From Octopus vulgaris (lineage: Eukaryota), in NCBI GenBank assembly GCA_951406725.2, contig OX597825.1, positions 31,620,001-31,684,000 on the forward strand: a stretch of 64,000 nucleotides of DNA, in the 5' to 3' direction. A model generated the notes under the pieces. It saw only the letters and a list, made by a program, of their open reading frames with translations. It was not told the DNA's origin and made no database searches. Within the stretch, counting starts at the first letter, position 1; each line of letters starts with the position of its first letter. A program made the translations under genes and the position numbers. Positions 53,582-62,925 of this stretch are shown in pieces.

Positions 53582-56500
53582 AAAAAGGAGATGTGGAACA
53601 CAAGTTGTGATATATAAAAAAAGGAAATGAAGAAAATGCTGACAAAATAATTTAAGTAAGGGAGAGTGTATTTAATTAGGTGAAAGTTCTTTTTTTAAAC
53701 AAAAAAAGAGAAAAATTGGATTAGAATACAATGTTCATTTTTTGTGAATGATTTCAGTGTATAAGAAAAAAGTAAGAGTCTTTTACAGTGTTCTGTTTCA
53801 GAATAAGATATTTAGTAAAAGCGTGTAATATACAGTTTTTTGTGGAAAAGTTCAATGTCAGATTTCAGTGTAGAATAAAAAAGTAAGAGTTTACCGGTTG
53901 CGCATTTGTTATGCTTATCAAAAGATATTTTGAGTGAGATAGAGTTCCTTTCTGATTGATTTTTTTCTCTTATCTGACTTTATGTTGGGTTTGCTGTCTC
54001 TTATATGTGAAAAAAGAGGCTCAGAGTTGTTTAAGATTTGCTTGGTTTCGCGCCTAAAATTTCTTGTGGACAATGGTCAATACAATTTTGATTGGTCATT
54101 ATAAAGGGGTCACGTGAATGTTTGAATGGAAGTTGGTGTTGGGGTAAGAAAATAGGTTCCAGAGATGTTAAAATTTGGCTGGTGTCGCGCCTAAAATTTC
54201 TTATTGGTCATAATAAAGAGGTCACGTGGATGTGGTCATAGTAGAGAGGTCATGTGAATGTTTAGAATGAATGTTGGTGTAGGTGGTGTATGGAGTTTTC
54301 GAAAGAAAATAGCGTTGTTGAAAATTCTTATTGTTCAAGCTGGTCAGTAGATGTCATTTGGATATTTTGAATAGCTTTTTAGTTAAGGAGTGTATTTTCC
54401 GCTTGACTGAATTTGAGCTGGAAAAGTAAGTTCGTTTAGGACAGGAAGAGTTATATGTATGTATGTGTGCGCGTGTGTGTGTGTGTGTGTGTTTGTGTTT
54501 AAATATATATGTTGGGGCGCGCGCGCGTGTATATATGTGTGCGTGTGTGGGTACAATTTTCAATATTTATAGTTCTGCTGGCCTTGTGCCTGTATCGGGA
54601 AGCAACGTGTTTGTGTGAAGTCAATATTTACAGTCATTTCCAAAAAATAGTGTTGGATGTTTTGCACCCGTATCAAATTATGTGTATGTGTGGAACCATA
54701 TGTTTGCATGTGTCATGGTGTTAATATCTGGGTAAAAGTGTGTGTAGGGTGTGTGCAGGTGTAAGTGTGTTTGTTGTGGGTTCGTGTTAGGGGGATATAT
54801 ATATATCATCATCATCATCATCATCATCGTTTATATATATAATGCATGTGTGCCTCCAAAATAACACCTACTTCATCAGGAAGCCAAAGGGCTTTCTGGA
54901 CTTCTTGGCTTTGTAGGTGAGTCATAGTAGTGTTGTGCAAGCTATTACTGACTTTTAAATTTCAGCACAGGCATTGCTGACAGCCTAGATGTTAAAGACA
55001 ATGCTAAAATAATTAGTCAGTGATGGTCATAAGTTGTTTATGAGTTGACAATCACCATGTAAGAGGTACTTATGTAGATCTATACATATACAAACATATC
55101 TTCATCATCATCGTCACTTAATGTCCAATTTCCATGTTGGCATGGGATTAGATGGCTTGACTGGAACCGGTCAGCCAGAGAGCTGCATCAGATTCTAAAG
55201 TCTGGTTTTGGCTTGATTTCTACAGCTGGATGCTCTTCCTAATGCCGACCACTCTAGACAGTGTACTGGGTGTCTGTTACATGTCACTGGTATGAGTGCT
55301 TCTTAGGCAACAGCACCAATGGCCATGAAGACGATTTCCCTTAGCTTGACCTGTCTTCTCAAGCACAGCAAATAGTCAGAAGTCTCAGTCAATTGTCATT
55401 GACTCCATGAGATACAAAAACTAAAGATCATATTTCCCCATGTCTCCTTGGGTCTACCTTTTCCACACACACACACACATATACATATATATATACTAGC
55501 AGTATAGCCCAGCATTGCTCAGGCTTGTTTTCTTTTCGACCCTTTAGAATTGGAATTTTTTAAAAGTAAAAATTTTGCATTATGTAGCTTGTTATTCTCT
55601 TTAAGTGAACATTTTTCTGGTTGAAATACACCAAAAAATGGCAACACAGCAGTCAAAAAATCCTAAAAAATAGGGATTTTCATAGAAAAAAGCACCTTTT
55701 TGATGTAAATAATTTTTGGTGTTAACATGGTCCAATTTGAATTTTTTCTTCTACGGAAGGAAGAGCAAGCCTTCTTCTATCATACTCTCAATTTTGGTCA
55801 ACTTGCGCCGCAGGGTCTCGGAGGAGATAGTGTTAGTTGAAGGTTACCAAACCTGCCATACACAGACAACTTCAGCTTTATATATATACACACACACATG
55901 TACAATCATAGAGGGTAGCTGCACTGCAGATATGAACATTACTTCCAAAATCAGTGAGAAAGAGTATATGTACAATTGCTTCAACACCAACAGATTCTCT
56001 ACCCAGGTTATAAATTGTCATTTATACCAGCAATTATTGGTACACTTGGCTATTTTAATAGATGTTCACATAACCAGGTCAAAAATCTAGAATTTTCAAG
56101 CAAAAAAATTGACCAACTAACAGGCACTTTTTAAATAAAATCTTGTAAGCAAAACCAATAAAAATATACAAGATTCAACATGTAAGACATTGTTTTTGCA
56201 ATTTAAATTCCAAGAATGGAACTTTATTTCTTTGCTATAAACCAGTTCCTTCTTTATTGGTAGAAGTGAAATAATTAAAAGAAACAGACAAACAAGCTTG
56301 TATGTATGCATACAAGCATATATACAGGCATGCATCATTATAATTATTTTAATGTTCACTTTTCCATGTATGGACCGGTTTATTGAAGTAGATTTTCTAC
56401 AGCTAAGATGCCTACCCTGTCACCAACCCTCACCTGATTCCATATAAGGTAATATTTACCTATAGCCTTAAGGTAGTCAGCTGGCAGAATCATTGCCACC

Positions 56501-59500
56501 CGGAAAAAATGTTGTGCAACATTTCTTCTGAACTTCTGACCTTACATTCGGAGTTCAAATGCCATTGATGTTGACTTTGCCGTTCATCCTTTTGGGGTCA
56601 ATAAAACAAATACCAGTTGGACACCGGGGTCAATGTGATCAACTAGACCCTTTCCCTGAAATTACTGGCCTTGTACCATAATTTGATACCATGGCCAGAC
56701 ATACTTCCACTGGATATTAGAAATGAATGACACTGCTTGTATAACAGTGACGATCGTTTACAACTAACATGTGATGTCAAGACAAGGAAACACAAACACA
56801 CACACACACATATATATATACATAAACATATACACAAGTCAGGTTTCTTTCAACTACCAAATCCAATCTCAAGGCTTTGGTTGACCAAGGGCTTATAGCA
56901 GCAGACACTTGTCCAATGCACCTTACAGTGGGACTGAACCCAAAACTACAGGTACTACATATATGTTACACACACCCACAAAACATATTTATATATATAT
57001 AACATACATGTTTGTGTAGATGTATTCATCAAGCCAATGTGAGTTTAATACACATGCTTATATCTTCATTATTTGATCATATTAGTAATAATGAGACCAT
57101 ATTAGCCACAACTAAATTTATTCATTACAAAAATATTGTGATGTTTACAGGTTTTCCATTTGAAGACAAACTTCTAATCAATGTTCTGCGTCATCTAATT
57201 CATATGAACTAGTTTCCCATGAGAAAATTCTAACAGATTACAATATATTATTGTGTACTTTGGAAGCTTGTGAGTGACGTGAGTGGATGTTGTTCACTAA
57301 ATAACTCCAAAGTCCATCACTTACAGATACAAGTAGCTTAAAAGAATCTTTTCTACTTTAGGCACAAGGCCCGAAATTGTTTTTGGGGTGGGGGAGTAGT
57401 CGATTACATCGATCCCAGTACGCAACTGATACTTAATTTATCGACCCCGAAAGGATGAAAGGCAAAGTCAACCTCGGTAGAATTTGAACTCAGAATGTAA
57501 AGAATATGAAAAGACTTCTCAAAACTATGCAGATATTATTTTTAAACAAATTATTAATAAACAATAAAGACTATTTTTGCTTTCTAAGTTTTATTATTTT
57601 TTACTTATTTCAGTCATTGAACTATGGCCATGCTGGGGCACCACCTCGAAGGGTTTGGTCAAATGAATCACTCCCAAAACTTTATTTTTTTAAAACCTCA
57701 TACTTATTCTACCAGTTTCTTTTGCAAAACCACTAAGTTATGGGGCCATAAACAAACCAACACCAGCTGTCAAGTGGTGGTGGGGAACAAACATAAACAC
57801 AAAGACACACAGACAGACACACAGATGGATATCTTTATATATTCATCAATGAAATTCTAGCTTAGTCTAATTTTCATGTTTTATTATTTCCAAATTTTCC
57901 AATTTTTACAATATTGAAATAAACTAGTATGTTACGCAATCATCAGGTTTATGTAGAGACAGTCATGTTCCACAATTGACAACTGTATATATCTTTATGT
58001 ATATAAATATATTTATATATATACACACACACATACATACATTACATATATATAAATATTTCTATATACATAAAATACAAAAAGGGACAAGAAAGCAAAA
58101 CATCCGGACAACTAAGTGATACAAAAAGGAGCAACAAAACTTCCAGATCAACAATACAAAAAAAACAAGGATGGGTTATTCGAAGCTTCCTATCCTCAGT
58201 CAAGAACCGGATCATCCTTGCAATTTTGGCTGATTATATACATGACAGGCTTTCAGTTTCCACCTACCATATCAACTAACAAGGTTTTGGTTGGCCCAGG
58301 GCTATAAAAGAAAACACTTGCCTAAGGTGTCATGTAGTGAGACTGAACCCAGACCTATGTAGCCAAGAAGCAAACTTCTCACGACACAGCTACACTAAGC
58401 AGAAAGTGAGAGAGTGAGCGAGAGGGGAGAGAGAGGTTTGTGGATCCTTAACAAAATGGTTCTGGTTATGTTATTGATTATATTGCTCCCCAAATCTCAA
58501 AATGATGTCAAAATCAAAATGGTTATCTGGATGTACTGAACAAATATAGAACATCCTGACAGGTTGTTTATCTTCTCAAACTCTATAATCCTGTTAAATT
58601 TCAGAGGAAGGGGAGGAGAGTAATCTAATTGACCCCATTACATGATAAGTGCTTATTTTATTGACCTCAGATTGATGAAAAGCAAAGGTGATTCTAGTGA
58701 GATCTGAACTGAAAACATGATGTATGTAACTAGACACTGCAAGAGATTTTGTTCAATGCACAGTTGATTCTGCCACCCACTACCCTAATAAGAAGTCTTT
58801 CTAATCCGAGGCTCAAGGATATTATTTTGAGGGGAGGGGCAAAGTTAATTATATTGACTCCAATACTTGACTGGTACTTTATGTTATTGATCCTGAATGA
58901 ATGAAAGGCAGAGTTAGCCTTGGCAGGATTTGAACACAGAACATAAAGAACCAGAAGAAATACCACTTAGTATTTTTGCCCTTTGCTCAAACAATTCAGC
59001 TAATCTACTACCATAATGATGGTAGTGGTGGTGGTGGTGGTGGTGGTAGTGGTATCAGTGGCAGTTGTGATTATAGCAGCAGTGGTGGTGGGGATGATGA
59101 TGATGATGATGATGATGATGACTCCTAACATAGGTACAGGGCCATAAATTTGAGGCAAATGTATCATCAAACAAATTGACTTCAATACTTCATTGGCAAT
59201 TTTCTTATCAATCTGGGAGGGGTGAAAAGTGAAGTTGAACCAAGAAGGATTTTCAACCCACTAAAAGTCATCATCAGCAAACCGACCAAGAAGTTTTAAC
59301 AACTACCTAGTTAGATGGATTTCTATCATCAATCAAGATACTATCATTCAGAGTAGTCACCTACTCAATGGTTATGCCTCCTCATCTAATAGAGAGCCCT
59401 GTAAATTGACATCAAAAACAATCGGAAGATTGACATCACAACCAACTCATTATTTCTTGCCGCTGCAGTTTATAGTAAAGAACTTAACAATAAACTATTT

Positions 59501-60104
59501 CATTTTCCAAAACCATCACAGTCTTCACCAGAGAACAATTCATAGATAGTAATCTAAACTCAAATATGTATACATACTAAAACACAAACATTATGGCTCA
59601 TTCACTTTCTACATTTTTACATCTGTGAAAGCACATGCGTTCAGCAGATTTAGTTGCAGATTGAGCACACATTATGCAAACTCATCTGCATCTTGTAGAC
59701 CCACTTGCATCTCAGACACACGTCATGCAGACTCATTTGCATTTTGTGCTTATATACATATACATAAATACATACATATATATATATATGTATGTGTGCG
59801 TGTGTGGAGGCGCAATGGCCCAGTGGTTAGGGCAGCGGACTCGCAGTCGTAGGATCGTGGTTTCAATTCCCAGACCGGGCGTTGTGAGGGTGTTTATTGA
59901 GCGAAAACACCTAAAGCTCCACGAGGCTCCAGCAGGGGTTGGTGGCGGTCCCTGCTGTACTCTTTCACCACAACTTTCTCTCAATCTTTCTTCTGTTGGC
60001 CTGCTCACTTAGCCAGCGGGGTGGTGTCATTTGAAGGCTAAAACAATGTGACCAGCGATGTGTAGCAACATCTGATAGTCTGGTCGGTCATGGTGATCAC
60101 GGTG

Positions 60105-60140
<36 letters not shown>

Positions 60141-61978
60141 GGTATGTTCATTTCACTACGTGGACCAATATATAGTTATATGGATGCACATACAAATAAA
60201 TGTTTTGCCAGTTTTTTTTTGGGGGGGGGGTGCCAACTTAGTACTTATAGCATTCACTCCTTTTTAGCATATCAATATAGCTCAGCCCTCATCAAGTACA
60301 TCTATGATTAAAGGCATTCTTGATGTGACCAACTTGTCTTTTATTCAAACATAGTGTCTCTATCTATGTCTACGTTATCCTGAGTGTCTTTTCGTTTTTT
60401 TAAGATGTAAGGACCTGAGAAAAATTTGGTTGTTATTTCAAATGAAGTGAACAACCTACTTATATTTTCCCTTACAGGGTTAGTAGGTCACATATTGAAG
60501 AGATGAGGGAGTGTGTAGGCTACTAAATGACGGGTACTCATTTTGCTGACTCCAAAGGATTGAAAGGTGAGGTCGATTTTAAGAGGATTTGAACTCAGAA
60601 TGTAAGAGTATAAAACTACGTAGGTTTACACATTTTATTTGTTTCAACAGTAACAACTTCTTTCTTTCTTTGACACAAAAACCCTTCAATTCCAGAGAAG
60701 GGTGCAAGCGATTGTTCATACCACAGTATTCAATAGGTACCGCAAGTTGAAGAGTTCCAAGGCCGTTGTTTGATCTGATGGTAAAAGTATTCCAAATCTC
60801 TCTCGAATTACATCTACTGTCTTGAGAATGGAAAAACACGTTGGATGATGGAGTCATATACACGCAATATCCAAGAGAGTCGGATTCGTCTAGGCGGAAC
60901 CCCGTTGCTCATAGGTCTTGCTCAATCAGATCAGACCTGGGGTTAAACAACAGCAACCTAATAGCCCACTCCTTACAGTCTTAAAACAGAAGCATATATA
61001 TGTCAATGTACTTCTGAATTTACAAAAAAGATGTGATGGTCATATGCCTGAACACCATCGATCATCACAGGCTGGTCTGTTGGCTCCTCCAGGACTGACC
61101 TAGGGTAAACAACCGCAACAACCGGGGCCTGTTTCTATCGATTCTTTAAGGATTTAACCTCAGAATGTAACTATCGTCATGTAAACACCCAACTGCTTTC
61201 GATAAAGTTATTTCGTACTATGATCATTAAATACCACCCACTTGAAAAATATTACAGTGAACAAACTGAACGCACAGGAATGGAAGAATAGGAGACAATC
61301 ATCTTGATCTACATTCTTCAGATTTATTAATATGCGACAAAATATTTAAAAAGCAATAGATTTTTCGAAATTCGTCATTCATGAATAATTTTTTTTTATT
61401 AATAAACTATAACCTTAGATTATTTTCCATTTGAATGAGTATAATTTTACCCTGATATCGCGCTATATGCTCACAGTTAGAAATATGTAAATATAAATAA
61501 AATAATTTCTACAGCGCAGAGAAAGAAACTATAAGTCCCTGACTTTGTGACCACATTTTAGACATAAACAAAAGATAATAAATATAAGACAAGTATATAG
61601 GAAACGGCAACAAGTGCCACAGTGGTTCCTTGTGAAGCATTCATAATTATATAGTTACCAACGTCTTTGATTTCTCTTTCTCTACAATTAAACAATATAT
61701 AAAGTAGAACCGAATATATCGGCGAAACAACGGAATTTCAAGGAAATGATTTTCGCAGTCGAACCGAATGAATCATATCGATGTCAGGAGAAGGAGGAAA
61801 ACAAAAGGCAATTTGGTAATATCGAAGAACATTCTACATATAAATATATTGTTTTGTCCCATATACTAACCCTGATTATATCAAGAGCGAAGTATTCTTC
61901 TTGGAATAGTCTCAAAGCATCTCCATGTAAAATCTCGAATCGTATTTTGGACAGCAGCCGTTTGTTGTCTTTCCCCAT
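412..61978 (-). CDS. AP5B1: AP-5 complex subunit beta-1, spliced CDS (22 exons in window, 2258 nt, about 752 aa; 3' end outside window)
   Basis: All 22 exons have GT donors and matching phases; exons 2-22 have AG acceptors. The peptide carries AP5B1-like segments in the expected order: [110 protein letters not shown]. Comparison is to vertebrate AP5B1 from memory. Confidence 0.88.
1677..1706 (-). CDS. AP5B1: AP5B1 exon 21, 30-nt small exon ([10 protein letters not shown])
   Basis: tcttgtag| acceptor, AAG|gtaaga donor, phase 1->1; supplies the IHIPFL motif. Confidence 0.82.
2117..2183 (+). ncRNA. degenerate type I hammerhead motif
   Basis: gtta CTGATGA ggatt...aatct AAAA cctagg TA taac (G12->A). 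Confidence 0.5.
2860..3530 (+). mobile_element. internally deleted mariner transposase remnant
   Basis: HTH region (YKFELSH...WLKKF...DDQARSGR) followed by a degenerate YSPD...HYLFRS and LVERW C-terminus. Confidence 0.75.
4698..4776 (-). CDS. AP5B1: AP5B1 exon 20 ([26 protein letters not shown])
   Basis: ttttttccag| acceptor, |gtaact donor, phase 0->1. Confidence 0.88.
4960..5003 (-). ncRNA. minimal type I hammerhead ribozyme motif (sense to AP5B1 pre-mRNA)
   Basis: GACCA CTGATGA G GTCACA ggag TGTGAC GAAA G aa C TC TGGCC. Confidence 0.6.
5280..5590 (-). mobile_element. RTE-type LINE 3' fragment
   Basis: LRWYGHV...TCGRGRPRK segment homologous to 39410-39610. Confidence 0.75.
6039..6115 (-). 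CDS. AP5B1: AP5B1 exon 19 ([26 protein letters not shown])
   Basis: cttcttcag| acceptor, |gtgagt donor, phase 1->0. Confidence 0.88.
6881..6963 (+). ncRNA. minimal type I hammerhead ribozyme motif
   Basis: tcct CTGATGA gattttgcc...ggacaaaact GAAA cagctg TA aggg; palindromic helix III. Confidence 0.6.
7940..8025 (-). CDS. AP5B1: AP5B1 exon 18 ([28 protein letters not shown])
   Basis: gtctttcag| acceptor, |gtaatt donor, phase 2->1. Confidence 0.82.
8038..8403. repeat. compound (TTA)n/(GGT)n/(TAG)n microsatellite block next to the exon 18 acceptor
   Basis: Direct inspection; many similar tri- and dinucleotide tracts elsewhere (e.g. 10500-10625, 20680-20825, 23195-23495, 23988-24090, 27606-27740, 43555-43742). 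Confidence 0.95.
8633..8739 (+). ncRNA. degenerate type I hammerhead motif with a very long helix II
   Basis: gag gTGATGA, 28-bp stem 8653-8723, GAAA cggtcg TA cttc. Confidence 0.45.
8786..9195 (+). mobile_element. SINE family A copy
   Basis: High similarity to 19795-20205. Confidence 0.88.
10411..10471 (-). CDS. AP5B1: AP5B1 exon 17 ([19 protein letters not shown])
   Basis: tgtttcag| acceptor, AG|gtaaat donor, phase 1->2. Confidence 0.85.
11771..11843 (-). CDS. AP5B1: AP5B1 exon 16 ([24 protein letters not shown])
   Basis: gtttttcag| acceptor, T|gtgaga donor, phase 0->1. Confidence 0.75.
12427..12474 (+). ncRNA. degenerate type I hammerhead motif
   Basis: gtct CcGATGA agggatat aataa atatcct gGAAg cagctg TA agac. 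Confidence 0.5.
12856..13617. mobile_element. non-autonomous foldback DNA element with about 240-bp TIRs
   Basis: Ends ggatcttttcactttgacc / ggtcaaagtgaaaagatcc; 8-bp flank aaaataaa duplicated; internal ttaggg-like run. Confidence 0.85.
14978..15084 (-). CDS. AP5B1: AP5B1 exon 15 ([36 protein letters not shown])
   Basis: ttttacag| acceptor, |gtgaga donor, phase 1->0; beta-adaptin DxDxxDRAxxYxxLL motif. Confidence 0.92.
15830..15965 (-). CDS. AP5B1: AP5B1 exon 14 (ATVRFL...[25 protein letters not shown])
   Basis: tattgcag| acceptor, |gtaagg donor, phase 0->1. Confidence 0.9.
18743..18881 (-). CDS. AP5B1: AP5B1 exon 13 ([10 protein letters not shown]...DERISPL)
   Basis: aactccag| acceptor, |gtaaga donor, phase 2->0. 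Confidence 0.88.
19795..20205 (+). mobile_element. tRNA-derived SINE family A (full copy)
   Basis: A box tggctgtgtgg, B box gggttcagtcc, cttgggcaa core, internal (TA)/(TG) tract, gtaaaaga tail; many partial copies in window. Confidence 0.88.
22230..22650 (+). mobile_element. CR1-type LINE 3' end
   Basis: [23 protein letters not shown]...GHSEKL...[13 protein letters not shown], 3' UTR and (AATTG)n tail. Confidence 0.88.
24122..24211 (-). CDS. AP5B1: AP5B1 exon 12 ([29 protein letters not shown])
   Basis: tttcaatag| acceptor, |gtgagt donor, phase 2->2. Confidence 0.88.
25885..26332. repeat. degenerate (CA)n/ATGC compound microsatellite
   Basis: Direct inspection. Confidence 0.9.
26424..26571 (-). 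CDS. AP5B1: AP5B1 exon 11 ([10 protein letters not shown]...KLGTNIQ)
   Basis: ttacttccag| acceptor, |gtaagc donor, phase 1->2. Confidence 0.88.
26605..27195 (+). mobile_element. R4/Dong-like non-LTR retrotransposon 3' fragment (restriction-like endonuclease domain)
   Basis: [39 protein letters not shown] and [13 protein letters not shown]; (TAA)n on both flanks. Confidence 0.85.
27200..27606 (+). mobile_element. SINE family A copy
   Basis: High similarity to 19795-20205; followed by (GAA)n(CAA)n(CAG)n. Confidence 0.88.
28070..28325 (-). mobile_element. SINE/RTE-tail family B with (GAT)n tail; copies also at about 7190-7425, 15230-15485, 16528-16775, 29100-29420, 49070-49270 and 55100-55290
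   Basis: Shared ctacagctggatgcccttcctaacgccaaccact core and microsatellite tail. Confidence 0.8.
28363..28516 (-). CDS. AP5B1: AP5B1 exon 10 (REQCKYSV...LNPTAFDD...PPALDS)
   Basis: ttacag| acceptor, |gtaaga donor, phase 0->1. Confidence 0.85.
29669..31850 (-). mobile_element. RTE-type LINE reverse transcriptase remnant interrupted by the mariner
   Basis: [37 protein letters not shown] and [11 protein letters not shown] segments. Confidence 0.85.
30247..31429 (+). mobile_element. near full-length degenerate mariner transposon
   Basis: 22-bp TIRs (ttgggtcatcccataaataatg and its inverse, 1 mismatch), TA on both sides, transposase remnant with WVPH, IVTGDEK, HQDNA and [10 protein letters not shown] (YSPDLAPSD) motifs; stops and frameshifts. 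Confidence 0.92.
32202..32348 (-). CDS. AP5B1: AP5B1 exon 9 ([10 protein letters not shown]...LADYIEYNE)
   Basis: ctctttccag| acceptor, |gtatgt donor, phase 0->0. Confidence 0.9.
32719..35135. repeat. 20-bp minisatellite (CCCATACACCCATGCYTGCA)n, about 120 units with higher-order blocks
   Basis: Direct inspection; variant marker gcgcccata(a)ggcccttg recurs at about 33103, 33542 and 34001. Confidence 0.97.
36660..36868. repeat. satellite copy of the 20-bp minisatellite (about 10 units)
   Basis: Same unit and same variant order as about 32835-33030. Confidence 0.95.
37570..37797 (-). mobile_element. SINE family C copy with 12-bp TSD aagacaaatact
   Basis: TSD at 37558-37569 and 37798-37809; other copies at about 1270-1485 (TSD ttaatcagagtaa), 18083-18251 and 57350-57500. 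Confidence 0.85.
37992..38066 (-). CDS. AP5B1: AP5B1 exon 8 ([25 protein letters not shown])
   Basis: ttttccag| acceptor, AAG|gtttgt donor, phase 0->0. Confidence 0.85.
38930..40155 (-). mobile_element. RTE-type LINE fragments (rearranged, partly duplicated)
   Basis: LERNEA, LCWYGH and CGRGKPRK motifs occurring twice. Confidence 0.8.
40848..41006 (-). CDS. AP5B1: AP5B1 exon 7 ([10 protein letters not shown]...SDWETPPS)
   Basis: aatgcag| acceptor, |gtaagt donor, phase 0->0. Confidence 0.88.
42431..42657. mobile_element. MITE with degenerate ttaaccctttcgttac-type ends (piggyBac-like); related pieces at about 2600-2700, 3600-3700, 13810-14040, 42110-42365 and 43340-43500
   Basis: Ends aaactttttgttac / gtaacgaaagggtt; shared internal sequence among copies. 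Confidence 0.5.
44552..44606 (-). CDS. AP5B1: AP5B1 exon 6 ([18 protein letters not shown])
   Basis: ttgtttcag| acceptor, weaker |gttgat donor; supplies the required phase 2->0 link. Confidence 0.65.
44745..44930 (+). mobile_element. short R4/Dong-like 3' fragment
   Basis: [20 protein letters not shown] ending in (TAA)n, next to a (TAA)n tract. Confidence 0.75.
45653..45768 (-). CDS. AP5B1: AP5B1 exon 5 ([38 protein letters not shown])
   Basis: tttcccag| acceptor, |gtaact donor, phase 0->2; continues the P-GLL motif (different frame from the supplied ORF). Confidence 0.88.
46986..47120 (-). CDS. AP5B1: AP5B1 exon 4 (KNDLHICD...[17 protein letters not shown])
   Basis: catttccag| acceptor, |gtaagt donor, phase 0->0; ACxCLxExExxxP motif. 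Confidence 0.9.
47547..47793 (-). pseudogene. orphan class IIa histone deacetylase (HDAC4-like) exon fragment inside AP5B1 intron 3
   Basis: Reads [30 protein letters not shown]...[30 protein letters not shown]. It matches the LYTSPSLPNI(T/S)LG motif of HDAC4/5/9, is preceded by cctttccag, and interrupts a SINE. Confidence 0.75.
50235..50500 (-). mobile_element. second 5'-truncated copy of the same CR1-type LINE
   Basis: Close reverse complement of about 22385-22630; (AACTT)n tail. Confidence 0.88.
50823..50949 (-). CDS. AP5B1: AP5B1 exon 3 ([10 protein letters not shown]...[12 protein letters not shown])
   Basis: tatttcag| acceptor, |gtaagt donor, phase 2->0. Confidence 0.88.
51282..51617 (+). 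mobile_element. tRNA-derived CORE-like SINE family D with TSD taacagtgacacc
   Basis: A/B boxes, ccttgagcaagacact core, TSD at 51269-51281 and 51618-51630; inverse copy at about 42930-43280. Confidence 0.8.
51990..52081 (-). CDS. AP5B1: AP5B1 exon 2 ([30 protein letters not shown])
   Basis: tgtcttag| acceptor, |gtgaaa donor, phase 0->2. Confidence 0.85.
52350..52790 (-). mobile_element. SINE family A copy
   Basis: Reverse complement of family A. Confidence 0.88.
53570..54790 (-). mobile_element. degenerate Penelope-like element 3' region
   Basis: Between (TA)n tracts; frameshifted LNELLFQLKF...NTLLN remnant resembling a GIY-YIG C-terminus; internal direct repeats; degenerate hammerhead at 53889-53924. 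Confidence 0.45.
55496..55890 (-). mobile_element. non-autonomous Helitron-like element
   Basis: Minus-strand 3' end cctgagcaatgctgggctatactgCTAG (hairpin plus CTAG), inserted in (TA)n. Confidence 0.6.
59805..60100 (+). mobile_element. tRNA-derived SINE (distinct family)
   Basis: tggcccagtggttaggg A box, ggtttcaattccc B box; inserted in microsatellite. Confidence 0.65.
61871..61978 (-). CDS. AP5B1: AP5B1 exon 1 ([36 protein letters not shown])
   Basis: ATG in aaaATGG context; donor AGG|gttagt, phase 0 matching exon 2; CpG-richer surroundings. Confidence 0.75.
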
Positions 61979-62070
61979 TTTTGAGGGGAGAACACTGTCG
62001 ACGAAAACAAGATCGGTGATTGAACAGAGATGTTCCCGTAGTTAAAACATTTCCGAGCAATATACAATCA
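61979..62070 (-). promoter_or_regulatory. putative AP5B1 5' UTR / promoter
   Basis: Unique sequence upstream of the ATG that retains CpGs, unlike the CpG-poor introns; no TSS evidence. Confidence 0.35.
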
Positions 62071-62514
62071 TACATGCACATATATCTATATAAATATATA
62101 TGTGTGTGTGCTTCATAGTAAACTATGTGTATGCATGTGTGTATGATATATGTGCGTGCATGTGTTTGGTTGTATGAGTGTGGGCGTGTGTAAATTTGTG
62201 TGCTTGTAAGAGTGTATGCTTGTGTGTGTGTGTGAGTGAGGCTTTATAAGTGAGTGTGTGTGAATTTGTATGCTTGTCTGAGTGTATCCTTGTGTGTGTG
62301 TGTAGGTGTGGGTGGGTGTGGTGGGGGCTGTGTGCTTCCCAAGGTACTTACACCCATGGCACCGGGTGTAGTACCTTGAGCAAGTGTCTTCTACTATAGC
62401 CTCAGGCTGACCAAAGCCTTGTGAGTGGATTTGGTAGATGGAAACTAAAAGAAGCCCATCATATAATCGTATATATATATATATATATATATAGGTGTAG
62501 GAGTGGCTATAGGA

Positions 62515-62671
62515 GCAAGAGTGGCAGTGTGGTAAGTAGCTTGCTTACCAATCACATGGTTCCAGATTCAGTCCCATAACATAGCACCTTGGGCAAGTGT
62601 CTTCTACTTTAGCTTCAGGCCGATCAAAGCCTCTTGAGTGGATTCGGTAGGCAGAAGCTGAAAGAAGCCCG

Positions 62672-62705
<34 letters not shown>

Positions 62706-62925
62706 ATGTGTGTGTGCGTGTGTGTGCGTGTGTGTGCATGTGCGTGTGTGTATATATTTGTGTGTCTGTGTTTGTCCCCACCCCACCCCCACCATCAAGC
62801 GAAGGGAGACCAATAGAATAAGTACTAGGCTTACAAAGAATAAATCCTGAGGTTGATTTGTTCAACAAAAGGCAGTGCTCCAGCATGGCTGCAGTCAAAT
62901 GAATGAAACAAATTAAAAAATAAAA
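62515..62925 (+). mobile_element. SINE family A copy
   Basis: Similarity to family A. Confidence 0.8.

Noticed and set aside
59805-59885. Functional tRNA gene
   Set aside because: tRNA-like head continues into a SINE body; no proper acceptor stem or T-run terminator
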